Below are positions 17,521 to 25,777 of a DNA stretch of 32,000 nucleotides, piece after piece. Source of the stretch: Streptococcus phage Dp-1. Position numbers and translations under genes: made by a program. Each line of letters begins with the position of its first letter. Within the stretch, counting starts at the first letter, position 1. The stretch lies in sequence record NC_015274.1. The stretch is one strand, 5' to 3'. The notes beneath the pieces are model-generated. The model did not search any database and was not told the DNA's origin. It saw nothing but the letters and a program-made list of their open reading frames with translations.

Positions 17521-17715
17521 TTATGCGATATATAGTTTGATAATTTGAGATTCGATGTCACCATAGTTGATGAACTTAACTTGGTCGACCGTTTCTTCCA
17601 TGTATTCGCCCATGTCTTCGATTCTTCCGTCTTGAATCATTTGGCCGTTTTCGTTGATAATTTCGTACCACCATTCATCACCGAATTGTTTGATTGCTTC
17701 TTTAACTGTTTTCAT
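17521..17715 (-). CDS. Small hypothetical protein (64 aa)
   Basis: MKTVKEAIKQFGDEWWYEIINENGQM...; SD gtggaggtag. Confidence 0.7.
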   Translation of the reverse strand: MKTVKEAIKQFGDEWWYEIINENGQMIQDGRIEDMGEYMEETVDQVKFINYGDIESQIIKLYIA

Positions 17716-17891
17716 TTTACTACCTCCACTTTTTCGTCCATTAGTGATTCGTTATCATAGAACCGAATACGTCCATCACTAAGACGTTCTAGGCTTACCC
17801 ATTTACGACCTTGACGGTCAGTTACTTTAAATTCAGTACCTTTTGCATTTACAACTTTCATTCCTACTTGCAAATCTTTAACTTTTACCAT
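17712..17891 (-). CDS. Small hypothetical protein (59 aa), absent from the supplied ORF track
   Basis: Minus-strand ATGGTAAAAGTTAAAGATTTG... encoding MVKVKDLQVGMKVVNAKGTEFKVTDGQGRKWVSLERLSDGRIRFYDNESLMDEKVEVVK; SD aaaggagtc; ATGA overlap with next gene. Confidence 0.75.
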   Translation of the reverse strand: MVKVKDLQVGMKVVNAKGTEFKVTDRQGRKWVSLERLSDGRIRFYDNESLMDEKVEVVK

Positions 17892-17929
17892 TTTATATGA
17901 CTCCTTTATTTGTTTTTCTTTATAGTATT

Positions 17930-17958
17930 ATTATACGATAATGAGTGAATAAAGTCAA
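17930..17958 (-). promoter_or_regulatory. Promoter, class I (TTGACT-17-TATAAT)
   Basis: agtcaa 17953-17958, attata 17930-17935 on the plus strand. Confidence 0.9.
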
Positions 17959-18002
17959 GTGTTTTTGTAAACTTTTTTAAATTTTTTAATTTTTTTTTTC
18001 AA

Positions 18003-18030
18003 AAAAATAACGAGCCGAAGCTACGTTATT
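18003..18030 (-). terminator. Terminator with UUCG-type loop
   Basis: Minus strand AATAACGtAGC-ttcg-GCTCGTTATT followed by a T run. Confidence 0.85.
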
Positions 18031-18778
18031 TATTTATCTGCTCAAGGGCTTGTTGAATTGCCTCATAGCCTTTACGACGTGCTACCTTTCCAGCTTTAGA
18101 GCCGGGTGAAAAGTCCCAAACAGTTTCGTCTACTTTAAAGTCATCCGCCTTGGCATAGTCGAGCAGGAGCTGGATAGCTTTTTGCCATTTCCGCCAATTC
18201 TTGGAAAACTCACCTATATTAGCACAACGCAAAACAAGTGCTCTAGTATGCTGGCTAGACATAATGAACTCTAAAAAGTTGTCCAAGGTTATAGGAAGGT
18301 CCTTTGGAAACTCATAAGGCTCTTTGACATCGTATTTGAAAAGGCTGACAATTTCACTGTCCTTAAATAGTTCACCGTCTTTATACATAATACCTTGAAC
18401 AATTTCAGTAGGCTCTGCTCCGCTATCTAGTACATCGCCAACCGTGTGACAATAGGCTTTAAGAACTGCAAAAAAACCTGGGGCGTCTGCACGCGCAACC
18501 TGGAGCTCCTTAACAGTCATCCAAGGCTGAGGTTTCTTACAAACAATCCTAATTCCTTCAAAATAGCTCTTGTCCGGGTCAATAGTGCCTAACATTGTCA
18601 GCCTGTTTTTATTTATATAAAGGTCGAAATATACTTGAATTTCATCTGTATTAGGCAGCCACTTAACAGTGACTTTTCTATAAGCGATTGCTTTTACATT
18701 TACTTTTTTCGAGAGATTTGTAGGGATAAGCATTTTCCTTTTGACATTTACTTTTTTTCGCTTTTTGTTCTTTGCCAT
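18026..18778 (-). CDS. Hypothetical protein, basic N-terminus
   Basis: 250 aa ORF MAKNKKRKKVNVKRKMLIPT... Confidence 0.8.
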   Translation of the reverse strand: MAKNKKRKKVNVKRKMLIPTNLSKKVNVKAIAYRKVTVKWLPNTDEIQVYFDLYINKNRLTMLGTIDPDKSYFEGIRIVCKKPQPWMTVKELQVARADAPGFFAVLKAYCHTVGDVLDSGAEPTEIVQGIMYKDGELFKDSEIVSLFKYDVKEPYEFPKDLPITLDNFLEFIMSSQHTRALVLRCANIGEFSKNWRKWQKAIQLLLDYAKADDFKVDETVWDFSPGSKAGKVARRKGYEAIQQALEQINK

Positions 18779-18779
18779 G

Positions 18780-19151
18780 CTAGTATCTCCATTTCTGTTG
18801 GTCTTGCTTTTTAGCTCTGTTCAGTTCAGCTGCTTCTCGCGATGCAATAGTTTCGAGAATATGCCTGTTCATAGGCTCACAATATTCCGCCAAAGATTTG
18901 CCAGTTATGGTGGCGTCAATTAAGTAACCATCTATTGACTCCTTACCATAAAATACAAAATCGTCTTGGCATACTAGCCTTTTATAATAGCCATTTCCTG
19001 CGCGTGTTTCAATTTTAACTAAGCTCATTTTCACCCAAACTTGTAGACGATAAGGAGTTCCTGGAACTTCGAACAGGAGCCTCCTTTTTTCATCGTCTAC
19101 TTGTTTAATACATGAGTTTTGAAAATGGATAACTTTCCATTTATTTTCCAT
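18780..19151 (-). CDS. Hypothetical protein
   Basis: 123 aa ORF. Confidence 0.75.
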   Translation of the reverse strand: MENKWKVIHFQNSCIKQVDDEKRRLLFEVPGTPYRLQVWVKMSLVKIETRAGNGYYKRLVCQDDFVFYGKESIDGYLIDATITGKSLAEYCEPMNRHILETIASREAAELNRAKKQDQQKWRY

Positions 19152-19160
19152 AGTTTCACC

Positions 19161-19421
19161 TTATTCCATGTACCCGTCAACAATCCATAATTGAAAAGGC
19201 TTATCTTCTCTATAAGGCCGTGATAATTTTAGTCCAGTTCCCACTACATTTGAAAGCGCGATTAGGTCATCTAGGCTGTCTAGCTCGAGTTCGATTACAA
19301 GGTTGCCAGTATCAATTTCACAAAAGTAAGCGACATTTCCAACTTTCTCTAGTGCTTCACGATACCTATCATATGTCGCCTCTTCGTCAAATAGTCGCGC
19401 AGAATAAACTTCGAATTTCAT
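19161..19421 (-). CDS. Hypothetical protein (86 aa)
   Basis: Internal start MKFEVYSARLFDEEATYDRYREAL avoids overlap with the upstream gene. Confidence 0.65.
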   Translation of the reverse strand: MKFEVYSARLFDEEATYDRYREALEKVGNVAYFCEIDTGNLVIELELDSLDDLIALSNVVGTGLKLSRPYREDKPFQLWIVDGYME

Positions 19422-19422
19422 T

Positions 19423-20097
19423 TTAGTTACCGCCTTCCAAAATTTCATCGGGCATAATCTTTGCATTCTCGCCATGAAACCGCCCTTCAATATACGCTTC
19501 AAGATTGAAGTCATGTTGAGGTCTGTCAATTCCTTCCTTCTTTAAATTTCGAAATGTGTCCTGAAGCGCATTTTTTGTTTGCTCGCTAGGTAGGACCATA
19601 AGTGAATATTCTTCCACCTGCTTTTTAAATCGAATGGCTAAGGCTGACAAAAAGCCTTTGAGGTATGAATTCTTGTAGGAAGGTTCGCGAGTAGGAAGTC
19701 GGTCAATACGGTAACGAAGATAAAGCAAAGCAGCCTCATATATTTTAGACACTAATTCAGCGTCTTGTTTTTCGCCGAAGAAAATTATTCGACTTTTATT
19801 CAAGCGCATATCACGCTGATTAATACAAAAGCACCTAAAATTAGTCGCGAGAATATGACCAAGTTCACGTTCCCACCAAAATATTCGACCTGCTTCTTTC
19901 CCAACAGCTTGAGAAGTCTCGAACTGTTTAGGTTCATCAAATTGTTCAACTTGAGCAAGTGCGATATTATTCTTTAGCATCAACTTTTGAGCCATAAGAA
20001 GGGCAGTTTGCCCCTCTTCGTCACTCGGGTTGTCATTTGCTAATTGAATAAGATTTTTAATTTTTTCAATAATTTTTTCGTTATTCATATTAGTCAC
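19423..20097 (-). CDS. DUF2786-like protein
   Basis: IIEKIKNLIQLANDNPSDEEGQTALLMAQKLMLKNNIAL N-terminal signature. Confidence 0.7.
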   Translation of the reverse strand: MTNMNNEKIIEKIKNLIQLANDNPSDEEGQTALLMAQKLMLKNNIALAQVEQFDEPKQFETSQAVGKEAGRIFWWERELGHILATNFRCFCINQRDMRLNKSRIIFFGEKQDAELVSKIYEAALLYLRYRIDRLPTREPSYKNSYLKGFLSALAIRFKKQVEEYSLMVLPSEQTKNALQDTFRNLKKEGIDRPQHDFNLEAYIEGRFHGENAKIMPDEILEGGN

Positions 20098-20411
20098 TTT
20101 CTATCATATTTTCGAGCTTTCGAAAAGTCAATGTCGTCTACTTCAATTGTCTTGTCATAAGTCCAAGCGCGACAAGTGTCGAAATGAAATAGGCTACAAA
20201 ACATCTTTTCATTATGGTCGAAACTTTCAGTACATTTTTCAATATCTACTTCAAGTTCGAGAACGACAATAGTATCAACATTTCGAAGCGATAAAAAGGC
20301 TAGAGCCTTTTCATAACTTTCTGCTAGGTAAATAACTCCAGCTGAAGGCTTCAATCCTTCAGCTAGAATTTTACCAAGATTATCAAAATCAGTGGCGTGA
20401 TAAAGTTTCAT
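20094..20411 (-). CDS. Small ADP-ribosyltransferase/KptA-fold-like protein
   Basis: MKLYHATDFDNLGKILAEGLKPSAGVIYLAESYEKALAF resembles the H-Y...GL...YL(T/A)....A ART core. Confidence 0.5.
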   Translation of the reverse strand: MKLYHATDFDNLGKILAEGLKPSAGVIYLAESYEKALAFLSLRNVDTIVVLELEVDIEKCTESFDHNEKMFCSLFHFDTCRAWTYDKTIEVDDIDFSKARKYDRK

Positions 20412-20473
20412 TAGTTACTTCCTTACATATCTAGAGTCACTACATAAATAGAAGCAGTTTTATCTTCCAAGTC

Positions 20474-20662
20474 CTACTCAATAGCTTCCTCTTCGCTGAG
20501 TTTTTCGAGTTTTAAAACTGTCGCTTCAGCTACAACATTAGCAAAGTTCGAACCGTTGAGAATGTTTTCGATATTTCCTGCGCCTAAGACTTCAGCTTGG
20601 TCATTGTTCACTACCATTAGGTATTCATTAGTAAGTGCTTTAGCAAAGTTTGAAAATTTCAT
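20474..20662 (-). CDS. Small hypothetical protein (62 aa), first gene of leftward operon
   Basis: ORF MKFSNFAKALTNEYLMVVNN... directly after class I promoter. Confidence 0.65.
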   Translation of the reverse strand: MKFSNFAKALTNEYLMVVNNDQAEVLGAGNIENILNGSNFANVVAEATVLKLEKLSEEEAIE

Positions 20663-20698
20663 TTTATTTTCCCTTTATTTGTTTTTCTTTATACTATT

Positions 20699-20727
20699 AT
20701 TATACAATAATGATTGAATAAAGTAAA
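20699..20727 (-). promoter_or_regulatory. Promoter, class I variant (TTTACT-17-TATAAT)
   Basis: agtaaa 20722-20727, attata 20699-20704; flanks conserved with the other class I copies. Confidence 0.82.
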
Positions 20728-21133
20728 GCATTTTTTATAAAAAAGTTGAACTTTTTTTACAATTTTTTGAACTATTTAAAAATTATAAAATGGGTGGAAA
20801 ATTTAGGCGACAATTTATACCCATTTTCAACCTCATTTATAAACAATCTAATATAGAAAAGGACTTAATAAGTAAATAAAAAAGCGCCCTGAAAATACCT
20901 ACAAATCCCATAGTCCGTAAGTAAAAACAAAAATTAGGGGCGACATAAAAGTCGAGCACTATCTTAATCTATTACCAGTCTCATATACAATCGACACAGA
21001 TTTAGCAGGCTTTTAGCAAACTTTCGAACAGCATGAAAAAGCATACAATTAGAGGAACAGATTATAGAAAAAGCACTTCCACAAACAAGTTCTCAAAATG
21101 CTCTCAAAAACCGTAAAATTAGTAAGTTTGAAC

Positions 21134-21370
21134 TTTTCGAACTTCTAAACTTTTCGAATAATCGAGCCTAATTTAGAGGTCGAAAAACTCAATTTCTCGA
21201 AAAGTCGAACCTGCTCGAAAACCTCAAAACACTCGAAAAGTCGAGCATAGAAAGGGGTCGAAAAGTCGAGAATGCTCGAAAAACTCAACCGGTTCGCAAA
21301 CCTCAATCCTTCGAAAAGTCGAACCATTCGAAAAGTTCAAAAGTTCGAAAAACTCAACCATTCGAGAGTA
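21134..21370. repeat. Iteron-like array: 10 direct TCGAAAA-headed units of 17-18 nt plus 2 inverted units
   Basis: TCGAAAA at 21180, 21197, 21215, 21233, 21258, 21276, 21311, 21328, 21345 and degenerate TCGCAAA at 21294; inverted TTTTCGA at 21134 and 21151. Confidence 0.9.
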
Positions 21371-21450
21371 GGAATTAAGGACATACCAGTTCAACCTTTT
21401 TAGCTTCAAAATCACTCTTTTTCTCATTATAGGACTATAAATTCAGTCAA

Positions 21451-21479
21451 TTGTAAGTCACGCGCAAATTTGTTACAAT
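21451..21479 (+). promoter_or_regulatory. Promoter for packaging operon (TTGTAA-17-TGtTACAAT)
   Basis: TTGTAA 21451-21456, extended -10 TGTTACAAT ending at 21479. Confidence 0.65.
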
Positions 21480-21511
21480 GTAAACGATAAAATATAAAGG
21501 AGGGTCAATAA

Positions 21512-22252
21512 ATGGCGAAAGCTACTGGACCAAAAGTTCGAAGAGGAAAAACTCCTCCACGGCCAAAAGACAAAAAAGGAATCAAAGCAAATGCGCGTGT
21601 CAATAAAGACCAGTTCGTAGAGTATGACTATAAAGGCATCAAGATGACAATTAAGGAACGTGATGCTAGAATGAAATTGGAATTTATTAGAGGCATGACT
21701 ATTCAGGAAATTGCAGCCCGCTATGGATTAAATGAAAAGCGTGTTGGCGAAATACGGGCTCGCGATAAATGGGTGAAGGCTAAGAAAGAGTTCGAGAATG
21801 AAAAGGCTCTTGTTACTAATGATACATTGACTCAAATGTATGCAGGGTTTAAAGTCTCAGTCAATATTAAATATCACGCCGCCTGGGAGAAACTAATGAA
21901 CATCGTCGAAATGTGTTTAGATAATCCTGACAGATATTTATTTACTAAAGAAGGAAATATTAGATGGGGCGCATTAGATGTCCTTTCGAACCTTATAGAT
22001 AGAGCTCAAAAAGGACAAGAAAGAGCGAATGGAATGCTTCCGGAAGAGGTTCGATATAGACTACAAATTGAGCGCGAGAAAATTACATTGCTCCGGGCCA
22101 AAATGGGCGACCAGGAAATTGAAGGCGAGGTTAAAGATAACTTCGTAGAAGCACTAGATAAAGCAGCTCAAGCCGTTTGGCAAGAATTTAGTGACGCAAC
22201 AGGTTCCTACATTAAAGGAGTGACTGATAATGACAATAAGCCTGAGAAATAA
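21512..22252 (+). CDS. terS: Terminase small subunit
   Basis: HTH-like RGMTIQEIAARYGLNEKRVGEIRARDKW; immediately upstream of terL. Confidence 0.82.
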   Translation: MAKATGPKVRRGKTPPRPKDKKGIKANARVNKDQFVEYDYKGIKMTIKERDARMKLEFIRGMTIQEIAARYGLNEKRVGEIRARDKWVKAKKEFENEKALVTNDTLTQMYAGFKVSVNIKYHAAWEKLMNIVEMCLDNPDRYLFTKEGNIRWGALDVLSNLIDRAQKGQERANGMLPEEVRYRLQIEREKITLLRAKMGDQEIEGEVKDNFVEALDKAAQAVWQEFSDATGSYIKGVTDNDNKPEK

Positions 22253-23621
22253 ACTACCTAAGTTCAACTTCGTCCCTTTTAGTAAGAAACAACTCCAGCT
22301 CCTAACATGGTGGACAAAGGGCTCACCTTTTCGAACTTTCGATATCGTCATAGCAGACGGTTCCATTCGTTCAGGAAAAACAGTATCGATGGCTCTTTCA
22401 TTTTCCCTTTGGGCCATGACGGAATTCAACGGACAAAACTTTGCCATCTGTGGTAAGACAATTCACTCAGCTCGACGAAATGTTATTCAGCCTCTAAAGC
22501 AAATGCTCACAAGTCGCGGGTATGAAATTCGAGATGTTCGAAATGAAAATCTACTTATTATTAGACACTTTAGAAATGGCGAAGAAATTGTCAACTACTT
22601 CTATATATTTGGAGGAAAAGATGAGTCGAGTCAAGACCTTATACAGGGGGTAACATTAGCAGGTATCTTCTGTGATGAGGTGGCACTGATGCCTGAATCG
22701 TTTGTCAACCAAGCGACAGGGCGCTGTTCCGTAACAGGTTCGAAAATGTGGTTCTCTTGTAACCCGGCCAATCCTAATCACTACTTCAAGAAGAACTGGA
22801 TTGACAAACAGGTCGAAAAGCGTATCTTATATCTTCACTTTACAATGGACGACAACCCTAGCTTGACGGATAGCATTAAAAGGCGCTATGAGAAAATGTA
22901 TGCTGGAGTCTTCAGGAAAAGATTTATTCTCGGCCTTTGGGTAACAGCAGATGGTCTAGTTTATTCAATGTTCAATGAAGAGCAGCATGTCAAAAAGCTC
23001 AATATAGAATTCGACCGTTTATTCGTAGCAGGCGACTTTGGTATCTATAATGCAACAACCTTCGGCCTTTATGGATTCTCGAAACGTCATAAGCGCTACC
23101 ATCTAATTGAGTCATACTACCACTCAGGGCGCGAGGCGGAAGAGCAACTAACTGAGGCGGATGTTAATTCGAATATTCAATTTAGTTCAGTTCTACAAAA
23201 GACTACTAAAGAGTACGCAAATGATTTAGTCGATATGATACGAGGAAAGCAAATCGAATATATAATTCTCGACCCGTCTGCTTCTGCTATGATTGTTGAA
23301 CTTCAAAAGCATCCTTATATAGCTAGAAAGAATATCCCTATCATTCCTGCTCGAAATGACGTGACGCTTGGCATTTCATTTCACGCTGAACTCTTGGCTG
23401 AGAATAGATTTACACTCGACCCTAGCAACACGCACGACATTGATGAATACTATGCTTACAGCTGGGACAGTAAAGCGAGCCAAACGGGAGAAGATAGAGT
23501 CATTAAAGAGCATGACCACTGCATGGATAGGAACAGATATGCCTGTCTCACTGACGCTCTAATCAACGATGACTTCGGTTTCGAAATACAAATATTATCC
23601 GGAAAAGGCGCTAGAAACTAA
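22230..23621 (+). CDS. terL: Terminase large subunit
   Basis: IADGSIRSGKTVSMALSFSLWAM, TLAGIFCDEVALMP, CNPANPNHYFKKNWID, VAGDFGIYNATTFGLYG. Confidence 0.95.
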   Translation: MTISLRNKLPKFNFVPFSKKQLQLLTWWTKGSPFRTFDIVIADGSIRSGKTVSMALSFSLWAMTEFNGQNFAICGKTIHSARRNVIQPLKQMLTSRGYEIRDVRNENLLIIRHFRNGEEIVNYFYIFGGKDESSQDLIQGVTLAGIFCDEVALMPESFVNQATGRCSVTGSKMWFSCNPANPNHYFKKNWIDKQVEKRILYLHFTMDDNPSLTDSIKRRYEKMYAGVFRKRFILGLWVTADGLVYSMFNEEQHVKKLNIEFDRLFVAGDFGIYNATTFGLYGFSKRHKRYHLIESYYHSGREAEEQLTEADVNSNIQFSSVLQKTTKEYANDLVDMIRGKQIEYIILDPSASAMIVELQKHPYIARKNIPIIPARNDVTLGISFHAELLAENRFTLDPSNTHDIDEYYAYSWDSKASQTGEDRVIKEHDHCMDRNRYACLTDALINDDFGFEIQILSGKGARN

Positions 23622-23622
23622 C

Positions 23623-23652
23623 TAAACACTTTTATAGAAATTAGTGTATAAT
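23623..23652 (+). promoter_or_regulatory. Weak class II-like promoter (TAAACA-18-TATAAT)
   Basis: TAAACA 23623, TATAAT 23647 preceded by TG-rich AGTG, upstream of portal gene. Confidence 0.5.
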
Positions 23653-23673
23653 ATAAGTAGGAGGATTTTAAAC

Positions 23674-25434
23674 ATGGCTAAAAAATCAAAAGCTATCTCA
23701 CACACAGACGAACTGATTAGTCAGTCGTTTGACAGCCCCTTGGCAAAGAATCAAAAGTTCAAGAAAGAGCTTCAGGAAGTTGAAAAGTATTATCAATACT
23801 TCGACGGATTTGATGTCACGGACTTGAATACTGACTATGGGCAAACATGGAAGATTGACGAAGACTCAGTCGACTATAAACCTACTCGAGAAATTCGAAA
23901 CTATATTCGACAACTTATCAAAAAGCAATCACGCTTTATGATGGGTAAAGAGCCAGAGCTTATCTTTAGTCCAGTTCAAGACAATCAAGATGAACAGGCT
24001 GAGAACAAGCGTATTCTATTCGACTCTATTTTAAGGAATTGTAAATTCTGGAGCAAAAGTACAAATGCATTAGTCGACGCCACAGTAGGTAAGCGGGTAT
24101 TGATGACAGTAGTAGCAAATGCCGCTCAACAAATTGACGTCCAGTTTTATTCAATGCCTCAGTTCACCTATACAGTTGACCCTAGAAACCCTTCCAGCTT
24201 GCTTTCTGTTGACATTGTTTATCAGGACGAGCGTACAAAAGGAATGAGCACTGAAAAACAACTTTGGCATCATTATAGATATGAAATGAAAGCTGGAACA
24301 AGTCAATCAGGAATTGCAACAGCTTTAGAAGACATTGAAGAACAATGTTGGCTCACTTATGCCTTAACGGATGGAGAGTCGAACCAAATCTATATGACAG
24401 AAAGTGGCCAAACTACTATCAAGGAGACAGAGGCTAAACTTGTAGAAATTGAAGACAACCTAGGAAACAAGATTGAAGTTCCTTTAAAAGTTCAAGAATC
24501 CGCCCCAACCGGCTTGAAGCAAATTCCTTGTCGAGTTATTCTTAATGAACCATTGACTAATGACATATACGGGACAAGCGATGTCAAAGACCTTATCACA
24601 GTAGCAGATAACTTGAACAAAACTATTAGTGACTTACGAGATTCACTTCGATTTAAAATGTTCGAGCAGCCTGTTATCATTGATGGCTCTTCTAAGTCAA
24701 TTCAAGGAATGAAGATTGCGCCAAACGCTTTGGTCGACCTTAAGAGTGACCCTACTTCCTCAATCGGCGGTACTGGAGGCAAGCAAGCTCAAGTCACTTC
24801 CATTTCAGGAAACTTCAACTTCCTTCCAGCGGCTGAATATTATTTAGAGGGCGCTAAGAAAGCCATGTATGAACTAATGGACCAGCCAATGCCTGAAAAG
24901 GTACAGGAGGCGCCATCAGGAATTGCAATGCAGTTCTTATTCTACGACCTAATTTCTCGATGTGACGGAAAATGGATTGAGTGGGATGATGCTATTCAAT
25001 GGCTCATTCAAATGCTGGAAGAAATTTTAGCAACAGTGAATGTTGACTTGGGAAATATTCCTCAAGATATTCAATCAAGTTATCAAACACTTACGACAAT
25101 GACTATCGAACACCACTATCCAATTCCTAGCGATGAACTTTCTGCTAAGCAACTTGCGCTCACTGAAGTTCAAACTAATGTACGCAGCCACCAATCTTAC
25201 ATTGAAGAATTCAGTAAGAAGGAAAAGGCGGACAAGGAATGGGAACGCATTTTGGAAGAACTTGCTCAGCTTGACGAAATCTCAGCTGGAGCATTGCCTG
25301 TATTAGCAAACGAATTAAACGAACAAGAGGAGCCTCAAGATGAAACGAGTGAAGAAGACGAAGTTGATGACAAAGAAAAAGAACAAACTGAACAACCAAC
25401 CGAAGAAGGAGTCGACCCAGACGTTCAAGGTTAA
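23674..25434 (+). CDS. Portal protein (SPP1 gp6-like)
   Basis: MAKKSKAISHTDELISQSF...; FMMGKEPELIFSPV, GTSDVKDLITVADNLNKTISDLRDSLRF, AIQWLIQML. Confidence 0.85.
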   Translation: MAKKSKAISHTDELISQSFDSPLAKNQKFKKELQEVEKYYQYFDGFDVTDLNTDYGQTWKIDEDSVDYKPTREIRNYIRQLIKKQSRFMMGKEPELIFSPVQDNQDEQAENKRILFDSILRNCKFWSKSTNALVDATVGKRVLMTVVANAAQQIDVQFYSMPQFTYTVDPRNPSSLLSVDIVYQDERTKGMSTEKQLWHHYRYEMKAGTSQSGIATALEDIEEQCWLTYALTDGESNQIYMTESGQTTIKETEAKLVEIEDNLGNKIEVPLKVQESAPTGLKQIPCRVILNEPLTNDIYGTSDVKDLITVADNLNKTISDLRDSLRFKMFEQPVIIDGSSKSIQGMKIAPNALVDLKSDPTSSIGGTGGKQAQVTSISGNFNFLPAAEYYLEGAKKAMYELMDQPMPEKVQEAPSGIAMQFLFYDLISRCDGKWIEWDDAIQWLIQMLEEILATVNVDLGNIPQDIQSSYQTLTTMTIEHHYPIPSDELSAKQLALTEVQTNVRSHQSYIEEFSKKEKADKEWERILEELAQLDEISAGALPVLANELNEQEEPQDETSEEDEVDDKEKEQTEQPTEEGVDPDVQG

Positions 25435-25777
25435 TTGTGACCATTGTGAGCATAAGTTCGACCTTACATCTAAACAGATTATTTCGAAACATATCGAAAA
25501 GGGCGTAGAGTGGAGATTCTTCGAATGTCCTAAGTGCCATTATCGGTTCACCACTTATGTAGGAAACAAGGAAATTGAAAACCTTATTCGATTTAGAAAT
25601 ACTTGTCGAGCTAAAATGAAGCAGGAACTTCAAAAAGGAGCTGCTGCTAATCAAAACACTTACCATTCATATCGAATTCAGGATGAGCAAGCTGGGCATA
25701 AAATCTCAGGGCTTATGGCGAAGCTAAAGAAGGAGATAAACATTGAAAAACGAGAAAAAGAATGGGTATCTATATAG
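25340..25777 (+). CDS. Hypothetical protein with zinc-ribbon
   Basis: VNCDHCEHKFDL...FFECPKCHYRFTTYVG CxxC pairs; overlaps the portal 3' end. Confidence 0.7.
   Translation: MKRVKKTKLMTKKKNKLNNQPKKESTQTFKVNCDHCEHKFDLTSKQIISKHIEKGVEWRFFECPKCHYRFTTYVGNKEIENLIRFRNTCRAKMKQELQKGAAANQNTYHSYRIQDEQAGHKISGLMAKLKKEINIEKREKEWVSI

Noticed and set aside
18741-18923. Plus-strand 60 aa hydrophobic ORF inside the leftward operon
   Set aside because: Antisense to two well-placed genes, no SD; low-complexity start.
21134-21370. CRISPR array
   Set aside because: Units are only 17-18 nt with ~10 nt variable parts that are themselves related, and there are no adjacent cas genes; an iteron-like array fits better.
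21145-21427. ORFs on the minus strand over the repeat array (60 and 67 aa)
   Set aside because: Amino-acid patterns (FEVFEQVRLFEKLSF) simply echo the repeat; no convincing SD or promoter.
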